This document shows, piece after piece, positions 18,067 to 27,960 of a DNA stretch of 64,000 nt. The DNA comes from Pseudomonadota bacterium. Its GTDB lineage: Bacteria > Pseudomonadota > Alphaproteobacteria > Acetobacterales > Acetobacteraceae. The DNA is taken from positions 9,263-73,262 of the forward strand of contig JBKPOG010000107.1 of assembly GCA_046732975.1 (NCBI GenBank). The letters are read 5' to 3'. The notes under the pieces were generated by a model. It worked only from the letters and a program-made list of their open reading frames with translations. It searched no databases and was not told where the DNA came from. Each line of letters begins with the position of its first letter. The stretch's first letter is position 1. A program made the position numbers and the translations under genes.

Positions 18067-19128
18067 ATGAACAAACGCATCGCCTTCGTCGGCGCTGGCG
18101 CGATCGGCGGCTATATTGGCGGCAACCTCACCGCGCTTGGGCACGACGTGACGCTGATCGACGCCTGGCCGGCGCATGTGGAAAGAATGCGCGCCTCGGG
18201 CCTGCGGCTATACGGCATGACAGAGCCGGAGAACCGTACGGTGCGGGTCAACGCGATGCACATCACGGATGTGCAGGCGCTGGCGAAGCAACGGCCGATC
18301 GACATCGCCTTCATTGCGGTAAAATCGTACGACACGGTCTGGGCGACGCGGCTGATCCGGCAATACCTGGCACCCGGCGGTTTCGTGGTGTCGTCCCAGA
18401 ACTGCATCAACGAAGAGCGGATCGCAGGCGTGGTCGGCTGGGGCCGCACGGTGGGCTGCGTGGTTGGCGGAGGGGTAGGTGTGGAGTTGTTCGAGCCGGG
18501 CCAGGTGCGTCGCACCATGACAAAGAACCCGAACGTCGTGTCGTTCCACGTGGGTGAGCCGCACGGGCGGATCACGCGGCGTGCCGAGGAATTGGCGACG
18601 ATGCTCAACGATATCGATACCGCGCATGCGACGGACAATCTATGGGGTGAGCGCTGGACCAAGCTGTGCGTCAACGGCATGCGCAATGGGGTCTCTGCGG
18701 CGACCGGATTGGGTGGCAATGGGCGCGACAGTCACGATGCGATACGGCGCGTCTGCATCCGGCTGGGTGGTGAGGCGGTGCGGGTGGGCCAGGCACTTGG
18801 CTTCACTCTCGGCAAAGTGGGCGCGCTCGATCCAGAGAAGCTGGCGCTCGCCGCGGAGGATGATCGTCGCGCGCTGGACGAGATCGAGGGATTGATGCTG
18901 GCGGGTACCAGCGCCGCGGCGCGCAGCGATCTGCAACGGCCTTCGATGGCGCAGGACATGGCAAAGGGGCGGCGCACCGAGATCGAGTTCATGAACGGGT
19001 TCATCGCCGAGAAGGGCGCAGAAGTCGGCGTGCCGGCGCCGACCCACGCAATGCTGACCGAGGTGGTGAAGCGCGTGGAACGTGGCGAGATCGCTGCCGA
19101 CCCGGCGAATGTGCTGGCGAACCGCTAG
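18067..19128 (+). CDS. 2-dehydropantoate 2-reductase family (PanE/ApbA-like) NAD(P)-dependent oxidoreductase
   Basis: The Rossmann fold starts MNKRIAFVGAGAIGGYIGGNL. The C-terminal ketopantoate-reductase-like domain carries EIEFMNGFI. Confidence 0.75.
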   Translation: MNKRIAFVGAGAIGGYIGGNLTALGHDVTLIDAWPAHVERMRASGLRLYGMTEPENRTVRVNAMHITDVQALAKQRPIDIAFIAVKSYDTVWATRLIRQYLAPGGFVVSSQNCINEERIAGVVGWGRTVGCVVGGGVGVELFEPGQVRRTMTKNPNVVSFHVGEPHGRITRRAEELATMLNDIDTAHATDNLWGERWTKLCVNGMRNGVSAATGLGGNGRDSHDAIRRVCIRLGGEAVRVGQALGFTLGKVGALDPEKLALAAEDDRRALDEIEGLMLAGTSAAARSDLQRPSMAQDMAKGRRTEIEFMNGFIAEKGAEVGVPAPTHAMLTEVVKRVERGEIAADPANVLANR

Positions 19129-19150
19129 CGGATGGTACTTGTCCGCTCGG

Positions 19151-19903
19151 TCACTGCGTGAACGTTACCTCTGCAGCACCCAGCCCCTCGAACTGCACGC
19201 CGCAAACGTCACCTGGCTTGAAGTAGCGCAAGCCGGTGTACGAGCCGCAGGTAACGAACTGGCCGGCGCTCACGCCGCCTTTGTCCCGCAGCATGTTGAC
19301 CAGCACCACTGCAATCCCAAGTGGATCGCCGGTCGCGTGGCCACCGACCTGCTCCAGCACCGGCGCGCCGTTGACGGTTAGCGTCACCTTGAGTTTGCCC
19401 AGTTCCAGACCGCGCCAGTCGGTGGCAGGTGAGGCATGGACGAAGGCGCCATTGCTGATGCTGTCGGCCAGCTTTTCAAGGTTCGTGGCGTCTGGGTTTC
19501 GATAGCGACTGGTCACCAACTCGATCGCCGCGCAAGCCTCCACGCCCGCCGCGACCTCGTCACGCGAATACGCGGCGGCGCGCGGTGGAAAGTCGCGACG
19601 AAAGATGAATGCGACCTCGCCTTCGACTCCGCATTGCGGCACCAATGCAGCGGGGACGCGTGCCGGCGATGGTTGGATTGTATCGCCGTAGATCACGCCG
19701 CGTGTCGGCTCGCCGCTGGCAGGCGCCATCGCCTTGAACGCGCCCATTGGCTTGCCCATTGCCGCGGTGACCGCGTCCTGAACAGCGTGCGCATCGGCGA
19801 CACTCGCGGGGGTTGCATCCGGCGGCAGGCCGTGCGGCAGCTTCCCGGTCCGACGCGCCTCGACTAGCAGGTTGGCCGCGCGATTGATCTGTCGGGTGTC
19901 CAT
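19151..19903 (-). CDS. 2-keto-4-pentenoate hydratase / FAH-fold hydratase-decarboxylase family
   Basis: It has GVEGEVAFIF, the tail TCGSYTGLRYFKPGDVCGVQFEGLG, and an MhpD/HpcG-like layout. The ATG at 19903 is preceded by GGAGAGAAGG. Confidence 0.7.
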   Translation of the reverse strand: MDTRQINRAANLLVEARRTGKLPHGLPPDATPASVADAHAVQDAVTAAMGKPMGAFKAMAPASGEPTRGVIYGDTIQPSPARVPAALVPQCGVEGEVAFIFRRDFPPRAAAYSRDEVAAGVEACAAIELVTSRYRNPDATNLEKLADSISNGAFVHASPATDWRGLELGKLKVTLTVNGAPVLEQVGGHATGDPLGIAVVLVNMLRDKGGVSAGQFVTCGSYTGLRYFKPGDVCGVQFEGLGAAEVTFTQ

Positions 19904-20031
19904 CTGCCTTCTCTCCATTGGGTCTCGGAGCGTGGCACTCCGCCAGGCATTGGCAAAGCCTTGGCAGTCCACGGTTCGGGTGCAAGAATGGTATCGTCTG
20001 GGACAATGCGGACGGAGGGGAACGGCCGGAG

Positions 20032-23000
20032 ATGATCGGCCTGGTGCGGCTATCTTTGCGTCGGCCCTATACCTCGGCCATCGCTGCGCTGCTGATCTTT
20101 TTGATGGGTGCTCTGTCGATCACCCGGATGATCGTCGACATTTTCCCGGTGATCGATATCCCGGTGGTGCTGGTGGTATGGAACTATAACGGCCTCACCA
20201 CCGAGGACATGGAACGGCGAGTCGTGTTCATCTCGGAACGCGCCTACTCGACCACAGTCAACGGCATTTCGCGGATTGAATCGAAATCTATTCCCAGCAT
20301 CGGGCTGCTGCGTGTCTATTTCCAGCCTGGCACCGACATCGGCGGCGCGATCGCACAGATCACCTCGGTGAACAATACGATCCTGCGGATTGCGCCGCCC
20401 GGCATGCAGCCGCCTGCGGTGATCCAGTTCAACGCCTCGAACGTGCCTGTCGTGCAGGCGACGCTGTCCAGCAAAACGCTGACCGAGCAACAGATCTACG
20501 ACTACAGTCTGAACTTCATTCGCGTGAAGCTGTTCACCATCCCCGGTCTGTCCACGCCGGGTCCGTTCGGCGGCAAGTCGCGACAGATTAACGTCGATAT
20601 CGATCCGGCGCGGCTGCAGGCGAAGGGATTTTCGCCGACCGATGTGGTGGCGGCGTTACAGGCTTCCAACGTCATCGTGCCCGCAGGTACGGCGCGCATC
20701 GGCGAACGTGAATACAATGTGCAGCTCAATTCCAGCCCGAGCGCGGTCGACCGGTTCAATGCCCTGCCAATCGGTGTCTACAACGGCGCACCCGTCACAC
20801 TCGGCGACGTGGCGCACGTCAGCGATAGCTATGCTACGCAAACCAATATCGTGCATGTCAACGGCAAACGCGCGGTTTACCTTGCCATTCTGAAGCATGC
20901 GGATGCGTCCACGCTTGCCGTGGTCGATTCGACGCGTGCGGCGCTGCCAGAGATACAGGCGGCGGCCCCGAGTGGGTTGGAGCTGAAACTCGATTTCGAT
21001 CAGTCGGTGTTTGTACGCGGCGCAGTGCAGAACGTGATCCGTGAGGCGATTATCTCGTCGATCCTGGTCTCCGCACTGATACTGGTGTTCCTGGGCAGCT
21101 GGCGCAACACGGTCATCGTGTCCGCCTCGATCCCGCTGTCGATCTTCGCCGGCATAGTCTGCCTGTTTCTGAGTGGCCAGACCGTCAACCTGATGACCCT
21201 GGGCGGCCTGGCACTGGCGATCGGGCTCCTGGTCGACAACGCTACCGTCACCATAGAGAACATCCACCGCAACCAAACACTCGGCAAGCCGCTCACCATC
21301 GCGATTCTTGACGGCAGCAGCGAGGTGATCCAGCCGCTGACCGTCGCCACGCTAGCGATCTGCATCGTGTTCTTCCCGGTCGTGCTGTTGTTCGGTGTGG
21401 CGCGCTATCTGTTCATTCCGCTCGCCGCGACCGTGGTGTTCTGCATGCTGGCGTCCTACGTGCTGTCATTCACCGTGGTGCCTTCGTTCGCGCGCTTCCT
21501 GCTGGCTTCGCAGGCGGAACACCATGGCCCGCCACGCGGTTTCTCCGCCGCGTTCGACCGCGGCTTCAACCGCTTCCGCGATGCCTATGGCAGACTGCTG
21601 GAAGGTGCGCTGCATCGGCGCGTGTTCGTGCTGACGTGTGCGGGTGTGCTGCTACTTGTATCAGTTGGACTAGGCGCGGTGATCGGCCTGGATTTCTTTC
21701 CCAGCGCCGATGTCGGGCTGATCAAGTTGCACTTCCGCGCGCCAGCCGGGACACGAATCGAGCGCACCGAGGAACTGGTGCTGCAGGTCGAGGACCGAAT
21801 CCGGCAGATCATCCCGGCCAATGAACTTGAGACCGTCAACGACACGGTCGGGGCGCTGTCATCGTTCAACATGGCCTTTGTCCCGACCGACAATGTCGGT
21901 GACATGGACGCCGAGATCCTGATCTCGCTAAAACCCGAGCATCATCCCTCGATCGATTACATCCGCGCCATCCGCAGCAAACTGCCAGATGAATTCCCCG
22001 GTAGCATCTTTTATTTCCAAACCGCGGATATCGTCAGCCAGGTGCTGAATTTCGGCCTGTCCGCACCGATTGACGTGCAGGTGCAGGACGTGAACTTCGA
22101 CCGTGCATCGGAACTTGCCCGCAGACTTCTGGCGCGCATGCAGCGGATACCGGGCGTGGCCGATCCGCACATGGTCCAGGTACTGAACTACCCGTCATTA
22201 CAAGTGGATGTGGACCGTCTGCGCGCCGCGAAACTGAACGTGTCGCAGCGTGACGTGGCCAACAACGTGCTTACCACGCTTTCCTCCAGTTCGCTGGTAG
22301 CGCCGAACTTCTTCCTCAACCCGCAGAACAATGTGAACTACTTCGTCGCGGTGCAGACGCCAATTGAGCGAATCAACTCGGTCGGTGACTTGCTTGATAC
22401 TGTGGTCAACCGTCCAACCGCTGACGGCCTCGCCGGGCCTGCGGCGCAACCGGGTGCGCCGGTGATCCGGCTCGGCGAAATCGCAACGGTGTCACCGCGA
22501 TCGACGCTGGAATCGGTCAGCCACTACACAGTGCAGCGTGAGCTCGATATCGCTGCCAACGTCGATGGCCGGGACCTCGGCTCGACCGCCGCAGACATCC
22601 AGAGTGCAATCAACGATATCAGCAAGGGTCTGCCGATCACCACCAAGATCCTGATCCTTGGCCAGAACGAGGTGATGCAGAGCTCCTTCAGGAGTCTCGC
22701 CCTGGGCATGGTGCTCGCTGTGCTCTTGGTCTATGCGCTGCTGGTGGTGCTGTTCCAGTCCTGGGTGGATCCGCTCATCATCATGATGGCAGTGCCAGGT
22801 GCGCTGGTGGGCATCCTATGGATGCTGGCCCTGTCGAACACCACCATCAATGTCGAATCACTGATGGGCGCCATCATGTCGATCGGCATTTCAGTGTCGA
22901 ACTCGATTCTGGTCGTCAGCTTTGCCAACGATCTGCGTGCACGCGAAGAAGTCGGCCCGGTGCGGGCCGTGATTGAGGCCGGCCGCATCCGCCTGCGTCC

Positions 23001-23259
23001 GGTACTGATGACCGCACTCGCGATGATCATCGGCATGGTGCCGATGGCGCTCGGCCTCGGCGAAGCGGGTGAGCAGAATGCGCCGCTCGGCCGCGCAGTG
23101 ATCGGCGGTCTGATCGTGGCGACGATATCGACGCTATTCATCGTCCCGATCTTCTACACATTGCTGCGGCGCAGGCCACCATCTCTACACAGCCTCGATA
23201 CGCGCTTCGCGGCTGAGGCGGCGGGTGCGTCCGGTTCGGGGGAAGCTCACCATGGCTAA
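20032..23259 (+). CDS. RND efflux transporter permease (AcrB superfamily, 1075 aa)
   Basis: The N-terminus is MIGLVRLSLRRPYTSAIAALLIFLMGALSITRMIVDIFPVIDIPVV. It has a 12-TM duplicated architecture. GGAG lies upstream of the ATG at 20032. Confidence 0.9.
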   Translation: MIGLVRLSLRRPYTSAIAALLIFLMGALSITRMIVDIFPVIDIPVVLVVWNYNGLTTEDMERRVVFISERAYSTTVNGISRIESKSIPSIGLLRVYFQPGTDIGGAIAQITSVNNTILRIAPPGMQPPAVIQFNASNVPVVQATLSSKTLTEQQIYDYSLNFIRVKLFTIPGLSTPGPFGGKSRQINVDIDPARLQAKGFSPTDVVAALQASNVIVPAGTARIGEREYNVQLNSSPSAVDRFNALPIGVYNGAPVTLGDVAHVSDSYATQTNIVHVNGKRAVYLAILKHADASTLAVVDSTRAALPEIQAAAPSGLELKLDFDQSVFVRGAVQNVIREAIISSILVSALILVFLGSWRNTVIVSASIPLSIFAGIVCLFLSGQTVNLMTLGGLALAIGLLVDNATVTIENIHRNQTLGKPLTIAILDGSSEVIQPLTVATLAICIVFFPVVLLFGVARYLFIPLAATVVFCMLASYVLSFTVVPSFARFLLASQAEHHGPPRGFSAAFDRGFNRFRDAYGRLLEGALHRRVFVLTCAGVLLLVSVGLGAVIGLDFFPSADVGLIKLHFRAPAGTRIERTEELVLQVEDRIRQIIPANELETVNDTVGALSSFNMAFVPTDNVGDMDAEILISLKPEHHPSIDYIRAIRSKLPDEFPGSIFYFQTADIVSQVLNFGLSAPIDVQVQDVNFDRASELARRLLARMQRIPGVADPHMVQVLNYPSLQVDVDRLRAAKLNVSQRDVANNVLTTLSSSSLVAPNFFLNPQNNVNYFVAVQTPIERINSVGDLLDTVVNRPTADGLAGPAAQPGAPVIRLGEIATVSPRSTLESVSHYTVQRELDIAANVDGRDLGSTAADIQSAINDISKGLPITTKILILGQNEVMQSSFRSLALGMVLAVLLVYALLVVLFQSWVDPLIIMMAVPGALVGILWMLALSNTTINVESLMGAIMSIGISVSNSILVVSFANDLRAREEVGPVRAVIEAGRIRLRPVLMTALAMIIGMVPMALGLGEAGEQNAPLGRAVIGGLIVATISTLFIVPIFYTLLRRRPPSLHSLDTRFAAEAAGASGSGEAHHG

Positions 23260-24367
23260 AGGCCGATTTCGTTCGCTGCTGGTATATTCAATCGGGATCC
23301 TGCTGGTCTCCGGTGCAGCGCTGACCGCGGTACGGCTGTGGCATGACAAGGACGCCCAGCTTATCGCGGCGCGAGAAGCGATGGCGGCAGAACTGGCGAA
23401 GGGGCCGGCAGTGCAGGTGACAACCGTCGCGCAGGGCCCGAAGGAGCGACAGATCTCGCTGCTGGGTGATACGCGTGCGTATCAGGTGGCGACGCTGTAC
23501 GGCAAGGTCGGGGGTTACTTAAAGTCGGTCACAGTGGACCGTGGCGACCACGTGAAGGCAGGGCAGGTCTTGGCCCAGGTGGAGTCAGCAGAGACCGACC
23601 GACAATTCGATGCAGCAGTGAGCGACCTGGAGAACAAGCGCAAGAATGCCGATCGCGAGAATGAGCTGGTGAAGCGCGGCTGGACCTCGGTGCAATCGGC
23701 GGATCAGGCGAACACCTCATTTCGCATGGCGCAGGCGAACATGGAACAGCTTGCGGTCATGAAGTCGTATGAGGTGCTGCGCGCGCCATTCGACGGCACG
23801 GTTACGGCGCGTTTCGTCGATGTTGGGGCGCTGGTGCAGAGTTCGGTGACCAACCAGACGTCCAACCAGCCGGTGATGACCATCGCGGACATGAGCCGGC
23901 TGCGCGTCGACGTTTACGTCGAGCAAAAGGATGTACCGTTTGTGCACGTCGGCGATCTCGCCGATGTCACTGATGGTTCCAATCCGGACCGCAAGGTGCA
24001 GGCGCGGATCGCCAGGTCTGCTGAGCAGCTCGACCCGCGCACGCGGACGCTGTTCGTTGAACTCGACGTTGATAACACCAATGAATTCTTGATGCCAGGC
24101 AGCTTCGCCTACGTCACACTTCATGTGCCAGTGCCGAGTTATCCTGAGGTTCCGGTCGCGGGGCTGGTGGTGCGCGGCACCAACACATTTATCGCTAATG
24201 TGAGTGCGGACAGCACGGTCAAACTCCAGCCGGTGAAGGTGGCGAACACGGACGGCCTGCGCGCCAGCCTCGCGGAAGGTGGTCGCGTAGGTGAACGTGT
24301 GGTGCTCAATCCGCCGGAGGAAGTAAGCGACGGCAGCCGAGTGCGGCCGATTGAACCCAATCGCTGA
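23252..24367 (+). CDS. RND efflux periplasmic adaptor (HlyD/MFP family)
   Basis: It has an N-terminal TM anchor, a lipoyl/hairpin/beta-barrel pattern (GKVGGYLKSVTVDRGDHVKAGQVLAQVES ... VLRAPFDGTVTARFVDVGALV). The ATG at 23252 overlaps the permease stop by 8 nt. Confidence 0.88.
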   Translation: MAKGRFRSLLVYSIGILLVSGAALTAVRLWHDKDAQLIAAREAMAAELAKGPAVQVTTVAQGPKERQISLLGDTRAYQVATLYGKVGGYLKSVTVDRGDHVKAGQVLAQVESAETDRQFDAAVSDLENKRKNADRENELVKRGWTSVQSADQANTSFRMAQANMEQLAVMKSYEVLRAPFDGTVTARFVDVGALVQSSVTNQTSNQPVMTIADMSRLRVDVYVEQKDVPFVHVGDLADVTDGSNPDRKVQARIARSAEQLDPRTRTLFVELDVDNTNEFLMPGSFAYVTLHVPVPSYPEVPVAGLVVRGTNTFIANVSADSTVKLQPVKVANTDGLRASLAEGGRVGERVVLNPPEEVSDGSRVRPIEPNR

Positions 24368-24371
24368 CGAG

Positions 24372-25507
24372 ATGACGCAGATCTGGCCGGTGAAGGTCCA
24401 CACCGGCGTACGCGTGAGGATGCGCGACGGTGTCGAACTTATGTCCGCGTGACCCGGCCTGACGCACCAGGACGGTTCCCTGCGTGATGGAATATCACCC
24501 ATCTCCATTGCCTGACTGTCGCGACGAGTATCCGCCGGTGGTGCCGTATCTGGCTGAACGCGGTTATGCGGTGGTGCAGTACGATGTGCGCGGGACCGGC
24601 AGTTCGTCCGGATTTCCACCGGCACTTATTCGCCTGAGGAGGGGCAAGACGGCCGACTTGGTTGGATGGATTGCCGAGCAGCCGTGGTGCAGCGGCGCGG
24701 TCGGCATAATCGGCAGTCGTACGGCGGGATTGTGCAGTGGTAGGTCGCAGTGCAGCGGCCTCCAGTGCTGAAGGCGATCGTGGTGCGCTCTGCGGTATAC
24801 GGGCTTCACCAATCCCGGCGGATGCGTTCGGCCGTGGATGTTCAAATATGCTCTGCGCCGCGTCTCGAGGTGGCGTATTTTCATGTCAAGCTATACGATG
24901 TTGCCAACGACGGTGCTGTGCGTTGATCTGCGACGCTGGGCTACTTGCGGTCCATCGCAATTCGCATGAGGTTCCGTCGCTGCTGGTTCCGGGCCACGTG
25001 TATACATTGCGCTTTGCCTTGCGGCATTCCGCGTATCGGGTCGCGGCAGGCCACCGCTTGCGCGTCGCAATTGCGAGCGCCGAGTTCCAGAATGCTTGGC
25101 CGATAGGCCAAACCGGCGGTGAACACGGTGCACTTGGCCGCAGCAACGCGTCGCACATCGTGCTTCCGGTTGCACCGGATGATGCCGACCCTTTTACGCC
25201 GATTCGTTCAACTGCGTCGCCACACTCATTGCCTGCCCCGGAGACGCTGGCACAGCCCACGTATCGCTTGGAACTCGACCTGGTGAATGACACGGTAAGT
25301 TGCGTCTTGCAGCCGCCGGACGTGGGGCGGACGAGTAGCCATTCGCACTACACGGTGTCCAATCGTGAATCGGCACATACCATGATCTCGGCATTGCCAA
25401 CGCATCTCGCAGTACATCTGATGATAGGCATCCGGATCGAGGCAGCCTGTCAGAGCTCGAGCCATCCAACCGGCTACACGCATCTCTCGCAGGTGTGGAT
25501 CACCTGA
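24372..25507 (+). pseudogene. CocE/NonD (S15 X-Pro dipeptidyl-peptidase-like) hydrolase, multiply frameshifted with a large internal deletion
   Basis: Fragments lie in three frames. They read MTQIWPVKVHTGVRVRMRDGVEL, then YVRVTRPDAPGRFPA, then MEYHPSP...RGYAVVQYDVRGTGSSSG...WIAEQPWCSGAVGIIG, then SYGGIVQW*VAVQRPPVLKAIV, then FHVKLYDVANDGAV, then LVPGHVYTLRFALRHSAYRVAAGHRLRVAIASAEFQNAWP. The central ~250 aa is missing. Confidence 0.75.
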
Positions 25508-25637
25508 CGGTACAGAACACTTCCGCAAGAGCTGGAACGCGACTGTACCGCGTACACTGTCCTGATCTTATGCCGTTACCGGCGACGGACCCAGCTTTGT
25601 TTTGCCGGCGTCAACCTTGGCGTGGTAAGGGCAAACT

Positions 25638-26420
25638 ATGGGCTACTGGGGCAAGATCATCGGCGGCGTGGCGGGATTCGCCATGGGCGGCCCGATGGGC
25701 GCCGTGGTCGGTGCTGCTCTGGGACATGCGGCAGACGCCGGGGCAGCAGGTGATTTCGGTATGCGCTTCGTGCCGCAGGCCGGTTGGAACCCGGCGCGCC
25801 TGGCAGCGATGTTCAGCCGTCGCGACCAACTTTTCGCGATCTGTGTTGTTGTGCTGTCCGCCAAGCTTGCCAAATGTGATGGCCCGGTCAGGCGCGAGGA
25901 GATCGACGCGTTCAAGCGTCAGTTCCGGATCCCGCCCGAGTCGGTGCGCGACATTGGCCGCCTGTTCGACCAGGCACGCGATAGCTCCGAGGGGTATGAG
26001 AGTTACGCATCGCAGTTGGGCGATGCATTCGCCGACAACCGAGGTATGCTGGAGGACGTGCTTGCGGCTCTGTTTGCAATTGCGAGAGCCGACGGACCGA
26101 TGAACCGGCAGGAATTCGACTTCCTGTCACGCACGCATCGCGCGCTCGGGTTGGATCAGAACGCCTGGGACCGCGCGCGCGGCGGTAGTTCCCGTCAGGC
26201 GCCAGCGCCCGAAGAGCCCGATGCGTACGCGGAACTCGGCGTAGCACCGTCGGCAAGCGCCGAGGTCATCCGCGCCACCTGGAAGCGGCTGATGCGCGAG
26301 AACCACCCTGACAGCCTGGCGGCACGCGGTGTGCCCGCTGAGTTCATTGCGCGTGCCAACGAGAAGGTGGCGCGGATCAATGCGGCGTGGGACCGGATCA
26401 AGCGCGAGCGCGGCTTATGA
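25638..26420 (+). CDS. djlA: DjlA-like co-chaperone (TM + TerB-like domain + C-terminal J domain)
   Basis: The N-terminus MGYWGKIIGGVAGFAMGGPMGAVVGA is glycine-rich and hydrophobic. The C-terminal J domain is DAYAELGVAPSASAEVIRATWKRLMRENHPD, which includes the HPD motif. Confidence 0.8.
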   Translation: MGYWGKIIGGVAGFAMGGPMGAVVGAALGHAADAGAAGDFGMRFVPQAGWNPARLAAMFSRRDQLFAICVVVLSAKLAKCDGPVRREEIDAFKRQFRIPPESVRDIGRLFDQARDSSEGYESYASQLGDAFADNRGMLEDVLAALFAIARADGPMNRQEFDFLSRTHRALGLDQNAWDRARGGSSRQAPAPEEPDAYAELGVAPSASAEVIRATWKRLMRENHPDSLAARGVPAEFIARANEKVARINAAWDRIKRERGL

Positions 26421-27139
26421 GCCTCCGTATTCGGGACCTGCCGAGCCCGAATCAGGACGACCGGCCGCCGAGTACGCCAATCGACATGCTGATTCTACAT
26501 TACACCGGTATGCGCAATGCCAGGGAAGCGATCGAACGGCTATGCAATCCCGCCGCGCATGTGTCGTCGCACTACGTGGTGGACGAGGATGGCGCCGTAT
26601 TGCGGCTCGTGCCGGAAGAACGGCGCGCGCACCATGCCGGCGTGTCATATTGGCGCGGCAATCGCGGGTTGAACGGACGGTCGATTGGCATCGAGATCGT
26701 CAACCCGGGTCATGAGTGGGGCTACCGCGACTTTCCTGTGCTGCAGCTTGCTGCGGTCTGCGACCTGTGCTTGGCAATTCTGGCTCGGCATCCGATTCCG
26801 CAGCGCAATATCGTTGCGCACAGCGATGTCGCACCCGATCGTAAACAGGATCCAGGTGAAAAGTTCGACTGGCAGGGGTTGGCGGCGAACGGAGTGGGGC
26901 TGTGGCCGGAGAATGACGAAGACTTGACCGGCGGCCGTCACGCCTCCGTCCTTGAGGTCAGGGCGGCACTGATCGATATCGGCTATGACGTGACTGGCGA
27001 TGGCCCGTTCGATGCGCAAGTCGCCACCGTGCTCCGGGCATTCCAGCGACATTGGCGACAGGAAGCAATTACCGGTGAAGCCGACCCGGGCACACTCGCG
27101 CAACTGAATGCAATTCGGCGTACCGTGTTGGCGCGGTGA
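26417..27139 (+). CDS. N-acetylmuramoyl-L-alanine amidase (amidase_2/AmpD-like) with C-terminal peptidoglycan-binding domain
   Basis: It has LILHYTGM, VSSHYVVDEDG, RAHHAGVSYW, SIGIEIVN and HSDVAPDRKQDPGEKFDW. The C-terminal PG-binding-like part is VLRAFQRHWRQEAITGEADPGTLAQL. The start overlaps the djlA stop (ATGA). Confidence 0.85.
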   Translation: MSLRIRDLPSPNQDDRPPSTPIDMLILHYTGMRNAREAIERLCNPAAHVSSHYVVDEDGAVLRLVPEERRAHHAGVSYWRGNRGLNGRSIGIEIVNPGHEWGYRDFPVLQLAAVCDLCLAILARHPIPQRNIVAHSDVAPDRKQDPGEKFDWQGLAANGVGLWPENDEDLTGGRHASVLEVRAALIDIGYDVTGDGPFDAQVATVLRAFQRHWRQEAITGEADPGTLAQLNAIRRTVLAR

Positions 27140-27169
27140 TTGGGCTCCGACCGCCAGTGCGCGTCGGCG

Positions 27170-27463
27170 CTACGGTCTATTGGCTGAGTGGGATGGTGGC
27201 GTTACTGCTGGTCCGCTCTTGCTACCGGGTTTGCCCGGTATTTTGCTGGTATCCTGCTGCGAAGAGGTTGAGCTGTTCGGCTGCGAGCTGACGCGATCTT
27301 GCCCTGATCTCGCCGCCGGTCCGTTCTTGCTGCCAGGTTGGCCTGCTATTCCGGCACCCGAGTTCTGTGCACTCGGCGCAGTTGCGGCAGGATTGCCAGC
27401 GGTTTGCGCCCCGGCGGGGACGGCCAGAAAGACAATCACGGTGGTTGCCTTCAGCAGGTTCAT
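27170..27463 (-). CDS. small secreted low-complexity protein (97 aa)
   Basis: The signal peptide is MNLLKATTVIVFLAVPAGAQ. The rest is Ser/Pro/Gly/Gln-rich with the internal repeat GQPGSKNGPA / GKPGSKSGPA. Confidence 0.5.
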   Translation of the reverse strand: MNLLKATTVIVFLAVPAGAQTAGNPAATAPSAQNSGAGIAGQPGSKNGPAARSGQDRVSSQPNSSTSSQQDTSKIPGKPGSKSGPAVTPPSHSANRP

Positions 27464-27555
27464 CGTTACCTCCAGAGTGTTCCCTCGGGTCAACCAGGGT
27501 TGGTTCGCATCGTGAGGAACGTGTCGGAAGGCTTCGAGTTGCGGCATGTAAGCAG

Positions 27556-27850
27556 CTAACTTGCGCTCCCGAAACGGGCGAGCACCTCTTCGTAGCGGGC
27601 GACGCGCGTCGAGTGAGCCAGGTCGCTGGCGGCGTGCCAGTCATCTGGTGCTGCGCTCGCGTATCAGTGTGGTGACCATGTGTTCTGTTATGTCGTCCCG
27701 CAAACGATGGCAGGAGAGATGGTGCGTGACCCCGAGGCCCGATACAGGGGCGTGCCTGGAACAGCGTTCGCCCGTGCTTTTGGAAGGCCGCCTCGGTCGC
27801 ATAGGTTTAGACGAAAGGCTCGCCGCTCACAGGCAAGCGCCTGTCCTGAG
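27556..27850 (-). pseudogene. probable decayed gene (unidentified family)
   Basis: Protein-like segments sit in three different minus-strand frames. They read YATEAAFQKHGRTLFQ, DDITEHMVTTLIRE, and APDDWHAASDLAHSTRVARYEEVLARFGSAS followed by a stop at 27556. No single frame is open across them. Confidence 0.25.
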
Positions 27851-27876
27851 TCCGGCAATCGGCGGAAAGGAGTTCC

Positions 27877-27960
27877 ATGTTCCGAGTCCTGCGCTCGCTG
27901 CTTGTCGCTTTGCCATTCGGTAGCGTCCTCGCGGATGCGCCGTGGGCTTTTGCGAAGTGA
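27877..27960 (+). CDS. 27-codon ORF resembling an orphaned signal peptide (likely truncated gene)
   Basis: AAGGAG lies 5 nt upstream of the ATG. The ORF reads MFRVLRSLLVALPFGSVLADAPWAFAK, then stop. A shifted frame continues VTLTPLDLSFHPGASAREAAQFATFIEQ. Confidence 0.2.
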   Translation: MFRVLRSLLVALPFGSVLADAPWAFAK

